DNA from: Paramoeba atlantica
Lineage: Eukaryota; Protista; Discosea
DNA: 64,000 nucleotides
Direction of reading: 5' to 3'
NCBI GenBank assembly: GCA_977017575.1
Contig: CDRNVI010000049.1
Span: 310,001-374,000 of the forward strand
The notes under the pieces were generated by a model, which worked only from the letters and a program-made list of their open reading frames with translations, was not told where the DNA came from and made no database searches. A program made the translations under genes and the position numbers. Shown piece by piece: positions 42,718 to 54,127 of this stretch. The first letter of the stretch is position 1. Each line of letters starts with the position of its first letter.

Positions 42718-45700
42718 TCATGAAGACAAAAGCTCTCCTATGGGTAGTTTATCAATTACAGAGTAGCGTCCATCCATCGTCTTGTGAACATAGTAGTACG
42801 ACTCACATAAATTCGAATGACCTAGTTCTCGTACGAAAGGCTCGTCATGCGTAATCACAACAAGCTGAAAATGTCGCAACCCTTTTCGACTTTCTATAAT
42901 GTTTCTTAAAGCTCGGGCTAACGATAAAATATTCTCTTCATCTAAATTCGTCGTGGGTTCGTCAAGAACAAGTACGCCACAATCGCAACAAAAGGCGTCT
43001 GATAAAGCCAGACGTATGATTACTGAAGCTAGAACTTTTTGACCCGCGCTGCATCTACCTCGCAGGTCCAAATCCACATCTCCCTTACGCATAATCACAC
43101 GGTACTTGTAGTTTCGTCTTGTAGCCATCGAGCCAGATGCATCCTCGTCAAATTTTATTTCAATCGTATCAATATCTGAACCAGCATACGTTGCTTGCCA
43201 CATCTGAGAAATAATTTCATTCAACTCACGCATCTTGTCTGCGTGATATTGAGTAACTGCACGATCTAACCCCTTGGCGTATTTTTCTACATCTGCATAG
43301 GCGAGCTCTGCTGTACGGAGTTTAATCTGGGTCGAAGCTAACCGACGCTCTATATCCAAATACTTTTCATCTTCGAGTTTGAGCCTTCGAACACGTATGT
43401 CAGCAAGCAAGGGCTCCATGGAGCCGCTGAAACGCGAGCTCTCTAATTGAATGCGTGAGAATAATTGCTTTAGTTTAGTCTGAACGGTTTCCACACTATC
43501 TCTGGATGAGAATTCAATGATCTCTTTTAGAGTCTTGTCCTTCAGAATATTTTCGCGTAGTGAACGCGTTGAATCGTCTATCGCCAAAATATTGTTCTCA
43601 ACCTTTTGAATGTCATCTTTCGCTTTGTAAATTTCGACCACGAGAGATAAATCACGCGCTACTGCTTCCTCCCTTTTAAGCGATTCCATAATCCAGTTCA
43701 ATCGCTCACGTCGCTGCACTTCAAGGGATCGCACTTCCTCATATTCTTTCTTCGCCTTCTCTAGAGCAATAAAAGCGACATGCACTCGTTCAGAATAATT
43801 GATCTCGGAGCCTTTGATAAAACGATCGACATTCGTGCGCATATAATCCAGATTTGCTAATGCTTCATTCATTTTTGTTTTAGCCGTTCTTGTTATTGCC
43901 TCATGCTGTGTAGTTAGATCCTTCTTATCGTTTACGATTTTAGTAAGTTTCGTATCGGTTTCCTTAATCTTTGTGTCGATTGAACAAAGAACACTTTGTG
44001 TTTTATCAATTTTTTCTCGCAAAGTCGAATGACGTTGAATCCAATCTTTACTCCGCTTTAGTGCACTTTGTTTTTGATCTACCTCTCTTTGTTTAACGTG
44101 GACACGATCTCGGGCAATTTGCAGTTCTTTTGAGTAATTATCGTTCTTTGAGCGTAGTTCTTCGAGGGACGAAGTAAGGAGATGGACTTTGTTGCATGCG
44201 ACGCTGTACTCATCAGAGACTTCAGTCAAGGATTGACTCCCAGTCAATGTCTCATTTTTTCGTTGGAGCTCGTTCAATTGCTCAACTATATCGTTCAACT
44301 CCTTTTCTGACTTCCTCAGAAAAACTATCTGTTGCAAGCTATCTCTAGTCTCTTGAAGAGTCTCTTGACTGACCAGAACCATGGACTCAGAATGTTTTAC
44401 ACGTTTGGTTGTTTCCTCCACTTCTCTAACGAGATCGACGATCTGAGCAGTAATAACGGATAAATTTTCGTTTACGCAAAAGAGTTCCTTAACATCTGTC
44501 TCTGTTTTCTTCAACTCAATCAATTCTGATTCTGTGTCACTATGGAGTTTTTCGATGTCCAAAAATTCTATCCTTCGCGCTTTCAACATTGTTTTCTGGA
44601 CATCAAGAAATTCTTCGCGTGAGTTCCCATCTTCGAATCCACGCCCACACGTTTCACATTCCTCTTTTACAGAAAAATCAGAAATTCTTTTCTCAAGATG
44701 TTCAATAGCATTGCGACGGACAGCAAGATCAGACGACAAATCATTGATCTTTCTTGCTTTTTCGGTGACCGAGTTAAATAAATCATATGTATTATCTTCA
44801 AAAGAAGATCCGAGCTGCGAGCACAAATTGCTCTTTTTTATGTCACGGGAAGACTTTTCTTTCGAATACTTGAGCTCTGCTTCTTCAAGCTCTTTACACG
44901 TGATGGCATGTAATTTTTGAAAATCCAGGAGATCCCGCGTAACTCTCAAATGGTTTTCCACTAATTTTTCAAGCAATCTTTCTGTAAGAATTTTTCTTTC
45001 ACTGATACTTTCGGCTTTAAGCATGTGCTTGCTGAGAAATGGATCAACTTTTTCCTCGAGACATAAGGTAATCTCATGCAATTTGGCTTCTTTACTTTTC
45101 ATCAAGAGTGATACTTTTGAAAGATTATCACGTTCTTGTTCACGTCTATCAAGTTCTTCGCGCAATTGCACCTCTCTTCCACGGAAAAGTTCAAGTTCGT
45201 TCAGCGTTTCACATATTCGTTTATCTACTTGGTCCTCCCTCATTTTGTCTTCGCGTATTGCAAGAATGCGTTTGGTACTCTCTAGTTCGTTCTGAAGACC
45301 TTGAACAAATTGGTCTGTAACGGACTGAAAATCTGCATCACTCTCATAGCTCCTTTGCATATTCGATATTTCATTCCTACATTCCTGCAAAATACTTTCA
45401 TGAAATGATTTCTCCGAAATAGAAAGATGTTTTGTGTTGCTCAGCTTATCAAGCTCAGTTTGTTTTAGACTCATTTCCTTTAAAAGATCGCTGATAATCC
45501 CATCATATTGAGAACGCATCTCTGCAGTTTCACATTTTAAAAAGTCAAGCACCGAGCGCAATGCCATATCAGAAACAATATCTCGCTCTCCGGCTTTCCA
45601 TTTTTTCTCATCAATAGAACTCAAAAGTTTGCGCAGATTTTCTTCCTCCTCGTCTCGTTTGACCTTATCCTCTGCAGCAGATTTTGATGCCGCTTCTATG

Positions 45701-46743
45701 AGACTTAATTTACTCAACTTTTCTGTCCGATTGTCATCTAGCGTTACAAGGAAGCTGTCAATCGACTTTTTTTCCTCACTCAAATCTTTTACGTTGTTTT
45801 CGCTCTTATACAGCGAAAGATGCACCTCTTCAATACCAGGAAAAGATTCCATAGATGTGCGACTAGTCAAATCTTGTAACGCCTTTCTACGTTCGTCAAG
45901 TGCTCCACTATGACGATCTTTTTGCTGTTGAAGTGTATTGACTTTTTCGGACACCGTGTCTACCGTACCCAAAACCTGCGTGAGTTTTCTAGATTCAAGC
46001 TCTAACTTTTCCAAACTTTTCTTTAGCTCCGCGACTTGCTTCTCTTTTTCATGTATTTCGCTTCGAAGAGTTTGCGCTTGATCGCAGTGTTCATGTAGAA
46101 CTAAAAGAGTTGCCTCACTTTGCTTCGCCTGTGCTCTATAAGCCCGGGCGTTTTCCCGAAACTTCTCTAATGCACCAACGTATTTCGTAGATGCAAAAAT
46201 ATCGTCAAACCTCTTTTTAACTTCAGAAGGCGTTCCAAGTGGCCAATTACCATCCTCCTGGTGACAGAAAATAACATTCTCCAGAACCGCCCGACTAACA
46301 CCCAACAATTCGGGAATAATTTTATCTATATCAGAGCAACGAAATGTACATGCAACGACCTTGTTTGTGGAAGGATCTCTGTATGCGAGAGATGCATCAA
46401 TGGTTTGTGTTGTCAATTTGTTTCGTACTATTGATGATTGGAACGTTCTTGTAACCTGCATGTCATTTCCATTTTTTGCACGAAATGTAAATCGAATTTG
46501 AGCCCGTACCTCGGACTCGCCCAGAACTCTGGGGTCATGCACAAAGGAGCTTTTCTCAGCCCCTCCAAAGGGTAGTTCTCCAGTCGTTGCATTGAGGCAG
46601 GCTTCAATAACAGTAGTTTTTCCAGCCCCATTACGACCAAGAATTATAGTGAGTGGGTGAAAGAAGTGCACGGTTTGAATCATATCGTGCTGAGGGGAGA
46701 AAGATCGTATCCCACAAAGTTGAATGTTGTGCAAACACGACAT
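42718..46743 (-). CDS. RAD50: DNA repair ATPase RAD50
   Basis: GIRSF, Walker A GRNGAGKTT, FCHQEDGNWPL, long coiled coil with CETC hook, RGRCSAGQKVLAS, LDEPTTNLD, VITHDE; start taken at MSCLHNI. Confidence 0.97.
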   Translation of the reverse strand: MSCLHNIQLCGIRSFSPQHDMIQTVHFFHPLTIILGRNGAGKTTVIEACLNATTGELPFGGAEKSSFVHDPRVLGESEVRAQIRFTFRAKNGNDMQVTRTFQSSIVRNKLTTQTIDASLAYRDPSTNKVVACTFRCSDIDKIIPELLGVSRAVLENVIFCHQEDGNWPLGTPSEVKKRFDDIFASTKYVGALEKFRENARAYRAQAKQSEATLLVLHEHCDQAQTLRSEIHEKEKQVAELKKSLEKLELESRKLTQVLGTVDTVSEKVNTLQQQKDRHSGALDERRKALQDLTSRTSMESFPGIEEVHLSLYKSENNVKDLSEEKKSIDSFLVTLDDNRTEKLSKLSLIEAASKSAAEDKVKRDEEEENLRKLLSSIDEKKWKAGERDIVSDMALRSVLDFLKCETAEMRSQYDGIISDLLKEMSLKQTELDKLSNTKHLSISEKSFHESILQECRNEISNMQRSYESDADFQSVTDQFVQGLQNELESTKRILAIREDKMREDQVDKRICETLNELELFRGREVQLREELDRREQERDNLSKVSLLMKSKEAKLHEITLCLEEKVDPFLSKHMLKAESISERKILTERLLEKLVENHLRVTRDLLDFQKLHAITCKELEEAELKYSKEKSSRDIKKSNLCSQLGSSFEDNTYDLFNSVTEKARKINDLSSDLAVRRNAIEHLEKRISDFSVKEECETCGRGFEDGNSREEFLDVQKTMLKARRIEFLDIEKLHSDTESELIELKKTETDVKELFCVNENLSVITAQIVDLVREVEETTKRVKHSESMVLVSQETLQETRDSLQQIVFLRKSEKELNDIVEQLNELQRKNETLTGSQSLTEVSDEYSVACNKVHLLTSSLEELRSKNDNYSKELQIARDRVHVKQREVDQKQSALKRSKDWIQRHSTLREKIDKTQSVLCSIDTKIKETDTKLTKIVNDKKDLTTQHEAITRTAKTKMNEALANLDYMRTNVDRFIKGSEINYSERVHVAFIALEKAKKEYEEVRSLEVQRRERLNWIMESLKREEAVARDLSLVVEIYKAKDDIQKVENNILAIDDSTRSLRENILKDKTLKEIIEFSSRDSVETVQTKLKQLFSRIQLESSRFSGSMEPLLADIRVRRLKLEDEKYLDIERRLASTQIKLRTAELAYADVEKYAKGLDRAVTQYHADKMRELNEIISQMWQATYAGSDIDTIEIKFDEDASGSMATRRNYKYRVIMRKGDVDLDLRGRCSAGQKVLASVIIRLALSDAFCCDCGVLVLDEPTTNLDEENILSLARALRNIIESRKGLRHFQLVVITHDEPFVRELGHSNLCESYYYVHKTMDGRYSVIDKLPIGELLSS

Positions 46744-46962
46744 TACTCTGAGAACTAAAAGAAATAAAAGAGGCCTTATACACAAGTTTCACTATTTCAT
46801 AATACTCAATACTAGACTAATATGCTCACCAATATGGATCGTACGCGCATACACGTATACGCATACATGTTCATAGTATTAACATTCATACATGTACATG
46901 AACTGTATATGAACTTCCTACATGTACATACATGCATCTACCCGCTTACAATATCGAAAACA

Positions 46963-48174
46963 TCAGGTTTTTGTTGAAACTTGTTGGCCCTCATACTTCG
47001 TTCCTTTGCCTTGATATTGAGCTGTGCGTCCTTTCTCATCCAATATTACGAATGGATGAAACCAAAAGGAGAACTTCTTTTTGAGATGCTGAGTACAGAG
47101 GTTAACTGCTCGCTGCGCAACTTTATCTACGTGTGAAAAAAATACAGGAATTATATTCGGTCGCCGGAAGTATATCTCAACGTCGCAACGAACACTTTGG
47201 CCCTCGTCAGAGGCGTTCCATGAAAGAAGTTTCAACATGGTATGCTCCATAATGTAAAATTCCATTTCCTTCAAACAAGCTTCACGAATCAGGTTTTCAA
47301 CTTGCTCTGGCTCCGACTGACTAGTTACATCGCTGACGTGATGTGTCCATGCGCGCGGCTTTCCATACCTCGCGAGTAAATCTTTTAGCTCTACGATACC
47401 ATGAAATCTTTTAGCGCTCACCTCATGTACTGCTCCAAATGGAAGATTCATTAGTTCAATGCTGTTTCTCAAAAAAGCGTGAAGCTCCATTCTTTTAGTT
47501 CCTGCTTGCAATAAATCCATCTTTGTTAAGACGAGTAGGCAAGGAATATTAAAAACATTGCTTCGATCTATAATTTCACGTAGAAATTTTTCTGTATCTG
47601 ATCGAATAGTGCCACTTCCTGCCGGAATTACAGCCACAGAGACGTCCGCTCCCTGTAGCGTATCCCAAGCTGGTCGCTCAGCAGACACCCACGAGCGCTC
47701 CCTCCTATTTCGTGGTGTAAAAACACCCGGGGTATCCATTAATATTAATTGTGTAGAATGAACGTGAGTGATTCCTTTCACCCAGGATGTCGTAGTATGT
47801 GGCCGAGAGGAGCGAGCAGAGATGTGGGAGGTGACACAGGTGTTCACAAGTTCAGATTTCCCTCCACTTGGCGGACCAATAAACGTGACTCGAGCCTCGT
47901 GGGAATCTTCGGGCTGCACCTCTACTTGGCGGTTTCTTAAGGCCTCTTGCTTTTTCTTCGAGATTGCGTCCCAGCGACTCGTGTCGGTGAGAGGAAATAC
48001 GTGCCCCACTGGAGTAAAATTCTTGTCTATATAGACTTTCTTAAAGATTTCTGCTTTAGTGTTGGTGCGCTCAGTGTCCGCTTCCTTAAGAACTTGTGAT
48101 ACTTTTCTTTCCCATTCTCTCCGTCGCTGAATTATACGCATGGTGAACAATCGTGTTGAGCGAAACGCCATCAT
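46963..48174 (-). CDS. era: Era-family GTPase, probably mitochondrial
   Basis: GPPSGGKS, RPHTT, DTPG, TKMD, VSAK and a KH-like C-terminus; Arg-rich start MMAFRSTRLF (computed ORF extends to 48321). Confidence 0.8.
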   Translation of the reverse strand: MMAFRSTRLFTMRIIQRRREWERKVSQVLKEADTERTNTKAEIFKKVYIDKNFTPVGHVFPLTDTSRWDAISKKKQEALRNRQVEVQPEDSHEARVTFIGPPSGGKSELVNTCVTSHISARSSRPHTTTSWVKGITHVHSTQLILMDTPGVFTPRNRRERSWVSAERPAWDTLQGADVSVAVIPAGSGTIRSDTEKFLREIIDRSNVFNIPCLLVLTKMDLLQAGTKRMELHAFLRNSIELMNLPFGAVHEVSAKRFHGIVELKDLLARYGKPRAWTHHVSDVTSQSEPEQVENLIREACLKEMEFYIMEHTMLKLLSWNASDEGQSVRCDVEIYFRRPNIIPVFFSHVDKVAQRAVNLCTQHLKKKFSFWFHPFVILDEKGRTAQYQGKGTKYEGQQVSTKT

Positions 48175-48340
48175 ATATATATATATTTTAGATTGCCTAT
48201 GCCCAGAACAAAATAAACAATTGCATGTCCTACTCTGAAAGTTGCTTAAAGCTTCGCACATGTATGAATTGCACCGTACATTAAGTAAAAATAATTTATA
48301 TTGTGTGTGCATTCCGTTCATGGATTTTTACTCGCACTTT

Positions 48341-49858
48341 TGAAACCTACGAAAGGCAAAACCTGGCAAAACCCGCGAAGTCCACTCTGACGTAGTGAAG
48401 AAAAGTACTTAGTCAAAAATAGTGAAGAATAGTTGACCTCCGTCGTTCCCTTACTGAAATTATTCTGAAATTCTTTTTTCTCAGTAAAAATCACCCTACC
48501 TAATAATTAGCGGACACCCGCCTTCCTCCACTCTTTTACCGCTGAGGATAGTATCACGGATTCTGATAACATTATAATAATGAACGAATAAATTATTCGT
48601 TCTGATTAAACATTTTCTTGTCCATCCGATTGGAATATTTGCGAAACTTTCTCTTGGAAGTTTGTTCTTCATCGTGTATGAGTTTTAACTTTTCGTTTTT
48701 CCTCTGAATTTCACTTTTCGTTAGCTTTGTATACAGGGGTGAAAACTTCCATCTGGGGGGGGGTCTAAAATTTGCAAAAACTTTTCAATTTCGGAAAATA
48801 ATACCGCATTCGAGAGCTCTCGCAGAGTTGTATATCTTTGCACTGGTAGCTTTTGACATATCAAATTAGAACTCCAAATACCGAATAGGCCAAAAAAGCA
48901 AATGGTCACTTAAAGAATAATAAAAAATCTCAGATATTTTTAGGAAACATTATTTTAAAAACCCGTGTTGCATCCACAATATGCACCCTTCTTTTCTACG
49001 ATGATTCTACAACGTTTTCTGAAGTTTTTAAACTTATTATCAAACTTATCTTTGTCTTTTGCCTGAAGTTTATCGTAAAAAACATGAATCGTTCCGCCCA
49101 GAGTTTCACAGTTCCCTAGTGGACCCAAACACTGGTAAGTCCGGGAATAAGACTGTGTTTTCTCGAAGTCGGCCACAAGAAGTAATCTTTGGTGTTCTTT
49201 AATCTTCCCTAACTGACAACTCGCGTTGTCAGGTTGACGAGACTTATTTATGGAGCCGGAAGTACAACCGCGGACGAAGAATTCGTAAGAAACCAACGTG
49301 GGTATTGACTCTTACGGAAATTGCAAGGAACGGTAAATCGGTAAGCACGGTGTGGTTACACGTAAAAAATCGAAATAAGGAAACCTTGGAGCAGGCGATC
49401 AGGAAGCACACATTGGACAGCCAACGTACCATAGTAACTACAGACGGGTGGAAAGGATGCTCGAACGTTATTGCATTTCGCGATCACCGCACTGTGAACC
49501 ATTCTAGTAAAGGAAAGTTTAAGTTTGTAACTGCTGATGGAACTCACACCAACAACGCGGAGTCATGTCATTCAGCAGTGAAGCGGGCTATACGTAAACA
49601 AGGTAGGTTGTCGATGTCGTTGAGAGAGTCTAAGCGGACGGTGGCGTTGTTTACCTTATTTTTTAAAAAGCCGTCTTGGCAAGAGAAGTTACAAGTACTG
49701 TTATGTGCGTTTAAAGTAGCTCGAGACATGGGGACAGAAAGTGATAGTGAAAGCGAGTCGGAAGAAGATGAAGTGGAAAGTGAGTTTGAACACGACAAAA
49801 TGGAAGAAGAAGAAGAAGAAGAAGAAGAAGGCGAAACCTGACAGGTTTCAACCCTCTA
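48341..49858. mobile_element. Composite transposon remnant between Era and the hydrolase
   Basis: Eroded left end resembling 16526-16615; right end CAGGTTTCAACCCTCTA; contains a lone end of the 17360 MITE family starting TA|CAGGGG at 48734. Confidence 0.5.
49203..49841 (+). pseudogene. Merlin/IS1595-like transposase catalytic domain, 5' part disrupted
   Basis: QVDETYLWSRKYNRGRR, TWVLTLTE, TTDGWKG, TVNHS, DGTHTNNAES; D, D and E intact; acidic (GAA)n tail; TAA at 49200. Confidence 0.85.
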
Positions 49859-49972
49859 AGTAGGGGAGGTAGTACTTTACAAGAAACTTTAGATATTTTG
49901 TCAAGTGTGGGTGTTGTTTTGTGGAGAGTGCGGTCCCAGTGACTTCTGGGAGCGCGCACTTATCAAGTACAC

Positions 49973-51295
49973 TTACCCTAGTGAGTCAATGAACCCTTTT
50001 ACACGTTTAAAACTATTGATAGCAGATTGCTTATTGCAGCCACCGTATTGGAATGAGTGAGCAGTATCATTGTGAATGATGAGCTGATGGGCAACAAGAG
50101 AATCAGAATTTATAGTCTGGTTTGTATTCGGTTCATGCAACATTTCTCGATAGCAAACTTCCCGATGAGAAGGAAAGAGTTTTACGAACGTTTGAGACTT
50201 TTCAGTTCTGTAGTAAGGATCTAGACCATGGGAAACACATAATTTGCGGTACATGTTAATAGAGTCATCACGAAAAATTTCGGTATTACTGACTTCAAAC
50301 AAAGTAGATGGAATTCGTTGTAAAATATCTTTCGAGCAAGTAAATAGAGGGCTCACCAAAACCTGTCTCTGTGCTTCAGTTTCGGGACAATACATATTTG
50401 CCGCAGCGTTAACCCATGGGAGTGTAAGATATTTTTCACTCTCCTTGTTCGTTTGACGTGACTTACATAGGGAGCCAGTTAAATCGAGCCACGGAGAAAA
50501 TAGGAAGGCGGCAACAGGTAATTCGCCTACCAATTCTTTTTGGATTGTGTCAAACGTTTGCATGGAAAAAGCTTCATCACTTGACCAATCGATTCTCTCA
50601 ACTCCAAACCGACGTTGCCCATACGCAATTGCAAGCATACTGGCCAACGCGAGATTTGCTCCCGCAGAATCCCCACCAAAAATGACGCGCCTGGAAGGAA
50701 CGCCCGCCTTTAAAACAGACGCATACGCTCTTAAACAACTTAGTAAGGCATGTGGAAAAGGACAATCTGGTGCTAGGGAATAGTGAGGCACTGCAACGCT
50801 ACATTGCGTGTATTCGGCCAGCGCGGTAGTTAAACAGCGGTAAGTGCGAGGGGAGTGCACAACGAATCCACCTCCATGAAAATACAATATGACATTGGAA
50901 GGCGGAAATGAAGAAGCAACGAAATCTCCGACGAAAGAGTCCCTCAGACGTTGTGTAATATTTTTTCCATCACTTTTTCGTGTGCGAGAGATCGGAAGAC
51001 GGTTTACATGACTGGTGAACTTGCCAAACGCAGTGTTTGAAAGTGGAGAATATCTTGACATACAAATTGTGCAAAGTGACAAATGCAAAAGACGTGTTGT
51101 CCAAACGGGAAAAGAATTGATAGAAAAAACCTTAGCCATAGGGTGTCGTGGAAGTAGATGGCTCAATATCAAAAGTGATGGCCGGGCTATCCATCTTATT
51201 ACACTGGGGGAAGGGGGTACTAGCATCGCAAGACGAAATATCCTTGAAAACACTCGAACAGATAAACGTGATAAGTACACCAACATTTCATTCAA
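49973..51295 (-). CDS. Alpha/beta hydrolase (HSL/esterase family)
   Basis: ILYFHGGGF, VPHYSLAP, GGDSAGANL, FSPWLD, EIFRDD, AHSFQ. Confidence 0.9.
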   Translation of the reverse strand: MNEMLVYLSRLSVRVFSRIFRLAMLVPPSPSVIRWIARPSLLILSHLLPRHPMAKVFSINSFPVWTTRLLHLSLCTICMSRYSPLSNTAFGKFTSHVNRLPISRTRKSDGKNITQRLRDSFVGDFVASSFPPSNVILYFHGGGFVVHSPRTYRCLTTALAEYTQCSVAVPHYSLAPDCPFPHALLSCLRAYASVLKAGVPSRRVIFGGDSAGANLALASMLAIAYGQRRFGVERIDWSSDEAFSMQTFDTIQKELVGELPVAAFLFSPWLDLTGSLCKSRQTNKESEKYLTLPWVNAAANMYCPETEAQRQVLVSPLFTCSKDILQRIPSTLFEVSNTEIFRDDSINMYRKLCVSHGLDPYYRTEKSQTFVKLFPSHREVCYREMLHEPNTNQTINSDSLVAHQLIIHNDTAHSFQYGGCNKQSAINSFKRVKGFIDSLG

Positions 51296-51725
51296 GACAC
51301 ACAGCTGTAAAATTCAGAATTCACCATGCACTAAACATTTTCGCCTCAAGCTCGGTCGCGAAACTGCATCATTCGTCTTTCAACACGACAGAATTTGCAT
51401 AAAAAACTCTAGAAAACTCTAAAAAATTCTTCAGTTTTGTTTTAAGTTACTCATTCTTCCTCCGTACACCAGTAATCTCCATCAGAGTTCAAATACCGTT
51501 ACGTTCTTTATTAAAATACCGAATACTCCATCATTGAGCAATCACATTGACAATGTGACTCTAGGGTACATGGAAATGTTACATTCTCGTTTCCTCATAG
51601 CGCCATGAATAATCTCTTTTATGATTTCAGCTGATATCATCTCCCATTGTCACGTGTTCTCTGACTAGTTATGTAATAATAGTGTGTAACAGTGGGGACC
51701 TCTGCTGTAAAATTCTTACATGCTA

Positions 51726-53597
51726 TCATGATGCAGGAGAATTTTCCAGAGCCTTGGGGATATTGTAAAGCTGTCGGATCTCGTCATCCGCCTCTCTACT
51801 TTCGATCGCTGGTAGTATTAAGGAGCATGAATTCACGCTATTCATAAGACGGATATGCACCAAATCGGATGAAGCACCATCCAGTAGCGTCCCAAAATGA
51901 GAAAGGTTACGAACTTCCACATTATTCACGTGAGTTGCAATTCGAAAAGTCATAAGTTCTACCTGGTATCCTTTGTTCACATTGTGGGGAAGCATTTGTA
52001 GAAGAACTACAACTCCGTCACGTGTTTGGGAAACTTTACCCCCACTAATGAGGTCGACCAGATGGCGAGGAGCAGTGTTGAACCATTCTTGCGCGCCCCA
52101 CTCCGTTAGAAGGGGGAACGTTAGTTGTGTGAAGACGCACCCACCAAACAACCGATACATGGGCTTTTCTAAATCTACTCCGTTTAACAAATGATTCGAC
52201 ACCAATGGGGTATTCACGGACAAGGGAACTTGCACATCGAGTACTTCCCCCTTTCGGAATATGCGAAGTGGAATAACATCTCCAGGCTTCCTCATTTGAA
52301 TTAAATGAGAGAAACGTACGCGTTCTTTCCCGCGCCATGCGAGAGTGGCATCATTGCCTACCGTATGACCATCGACGTGCGTCACTACATCAAAGGCTTT
52401 TAAAACTGAGCTGGCTGCGCTGAGTGGAAGCATATCCAACAAGAGTACGCCGGTCAAGGATGGACGAAGAGAAAAATTACGGCGAAGTGAAGTATTGTGC
52501 AGCTCCTGAATAAACGCACCCAAGGAGCAAAACCCAGGGTGATAGTGTCCAGCTGTATAGCGCTTCGTGTTAATTGATTTCGCGAGGTATTCGCGTAAGA
52601 AATGTGCAATGATAGGTATCGGTATGATATACCCAATGTTGTCCCCGTGAACCAATGCTTGAAATGCAATGCCTACGACGCGGTTGTGGGACAGCGCGGG
52701 ACCTCCACTGTTCCCAGGGTTGATGGCTGCATCGATCTGGATGGCCATAAGATGCACATCAATTCCTCCATATGGGGAAGAATCTATACGACTTACAACA
52801 CCGCTGGTAATGCTAAGCTGGTCCCCTCCCCATGGATACCCGACAACTTTTACATTTTGCTGAAGCTCTGGAAGGCCACCGAGGTGGGATACGCGGGAGA
52901 TACGATCCGCTGCGGTGCCTCTGGACGAGGCGTCACGCGTCCCCTCGCACGCCGTGGCACCCTCGATGTCGAGCTCCGAAATACCATCCCAGAATTCACT
53001 GTCTTGAACGGAGAGCAGAGCAAGATCGCAATCTGCTGCTATGAACTTCAGCTCAGCAGTAAACTTACTACTGCCTCCATGTCGTCGTACTTCAATAAAA
53101 GCGGCGGATATGACTACATGAGCGTTCGTTATCACTAGCTTGCGCTCAGCGTCGAGTACAAAGCCACTCCCAGTAGAAGAAGCCTGTTGTTTCCTTTGCC
53201 ACGGAAGCATAAAGTTCGGGTGAGACGTCGTGCAATATATTTTTACCACTGACTGAAGAGTTCGAAGCGGAAGTACAGCAGAGCTTCCTGGCGAAGCACT
53301 ATGTGAATGCTTACTGGCGCTGTGTTTGTCATTTTCACCATTGATCTGCGATCCGAGTGCAGAACCCCGTGCTTGAACAAGGGCGGATTGCAATTCAGAA
53401 ACTGCACTTTCCATTCGATTCATTCGACTCTCCACACTCGTGTTAGGTTCATCGTTCCATTTTGGATCAAATAATGCGGAGCTTTTCTGCGCGCAGAAAT
53501 TGACCTTGCTAGATTTTCCAGAAAAGAACTCCGTAACTGTGCTGATCGAGAATGCACGATGTGCAGCTAGTGGTGTGTTCTTTGCAATTCTCCACAT
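51726..53597 (-). CDS. DegP/HtrA serine protease with PDZ domains, putative mitochondrial presequence
   Basis: STGSGF, TNAHV, DCDLAL, IDAAINPGNSGGP; PDZ-like C-terminal half. Confidence 0.92.
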   Translation of the reverse strand: MWRIAKNTPLAAHRAFSISTVTEFFSGKSSKVNFCAQKSSALFDPKWNDEPNTSVESRMNRMESAVSELQSALVQARGSALGSQINGENDKHSASKHSHSASPGSSAVLPLRTLQSVVKIYCTTSHPNFMLPWQRKQQASSTGSGFVLDAERKLVITNAHVVISAAFIEVRRHGGSSKFTAELKFIAADCDLALLSVQDSEFWDGISELDIEGATACEGTRDASSRGTAADRISRVSHLGGLPELQQNVKVVGYPWGGDQLSITSGVVSRIDSSPYGGIDVHLMAIQIDAAINPGNSGGPALSHNRVVGIAFQALVHGDNIGYIIPIPIIAHFLREYLAKSINTKRYTAGHYHPGFCSLGAFIQELHNTSLRRNFSLRPSLTGVLLLDMLPLSAASSVLKAFDVVTHVDGHTVGNDATLAWRGKERVRFSHLIQMRKPGDVIPLRIFRKGEVLDVQVPLSVNTPLVSNHLLNGVDLEKPMYRLFGGCVFTQLTFPLLTEWGAQEWFNTAPRHLVDLISGGKVSQTRDGVVVLLQMLPHNVNKGYQVELMTFRIATHVNNVEVRNLSHFGTLLDGASSDLVHIRLMNSVNSCSLILPAIESREADDEIRQLYNIPKALENSPAS

Positions 53598-54127
53598 TTT
53601 TCAGTAAGATTTAAATATTTACGATTCTTTTTTCTAAAATTAAGATTTTTTAATAACGGTTTTTCTATAATGATGCATAACTTTTGGAGGCGTACTTGCA
53701 AGTAGAAAAAAGTTCGCGTATTATTATGGTGAACAACGCAAGAAAATCTGTTAATCCAGTTACCATGAATGCTAGGTACATGAATGCTTCTATTTCAGGA
53801 CACTCGTCGGTATGATTTTAGCGCTGTATTGTACTTTTTCATTCTTCTCCCCTTTTTGTTAAAGTGATGTAGCGTACAGCTTAATAACGAGTCGAGTAAA
53901 CGTGGAAAATAATTGAACAAACTACTTTTGACAAAAGTTCGAACACAACCGAAAATGTACAAATCAATATAGAACAAATAAAATTGACAACACTTCAAGC
54001 GATAGATGTGAGTGAAAAGACGACGTGTTTTCCGATACAAAGGGTTATCTAATAGGCTCAACCTGTTGTCCACACTCTAACACACGTTTTGCGTCCTCAG
54101 AACACACTTGTTCCAACACCACACATT

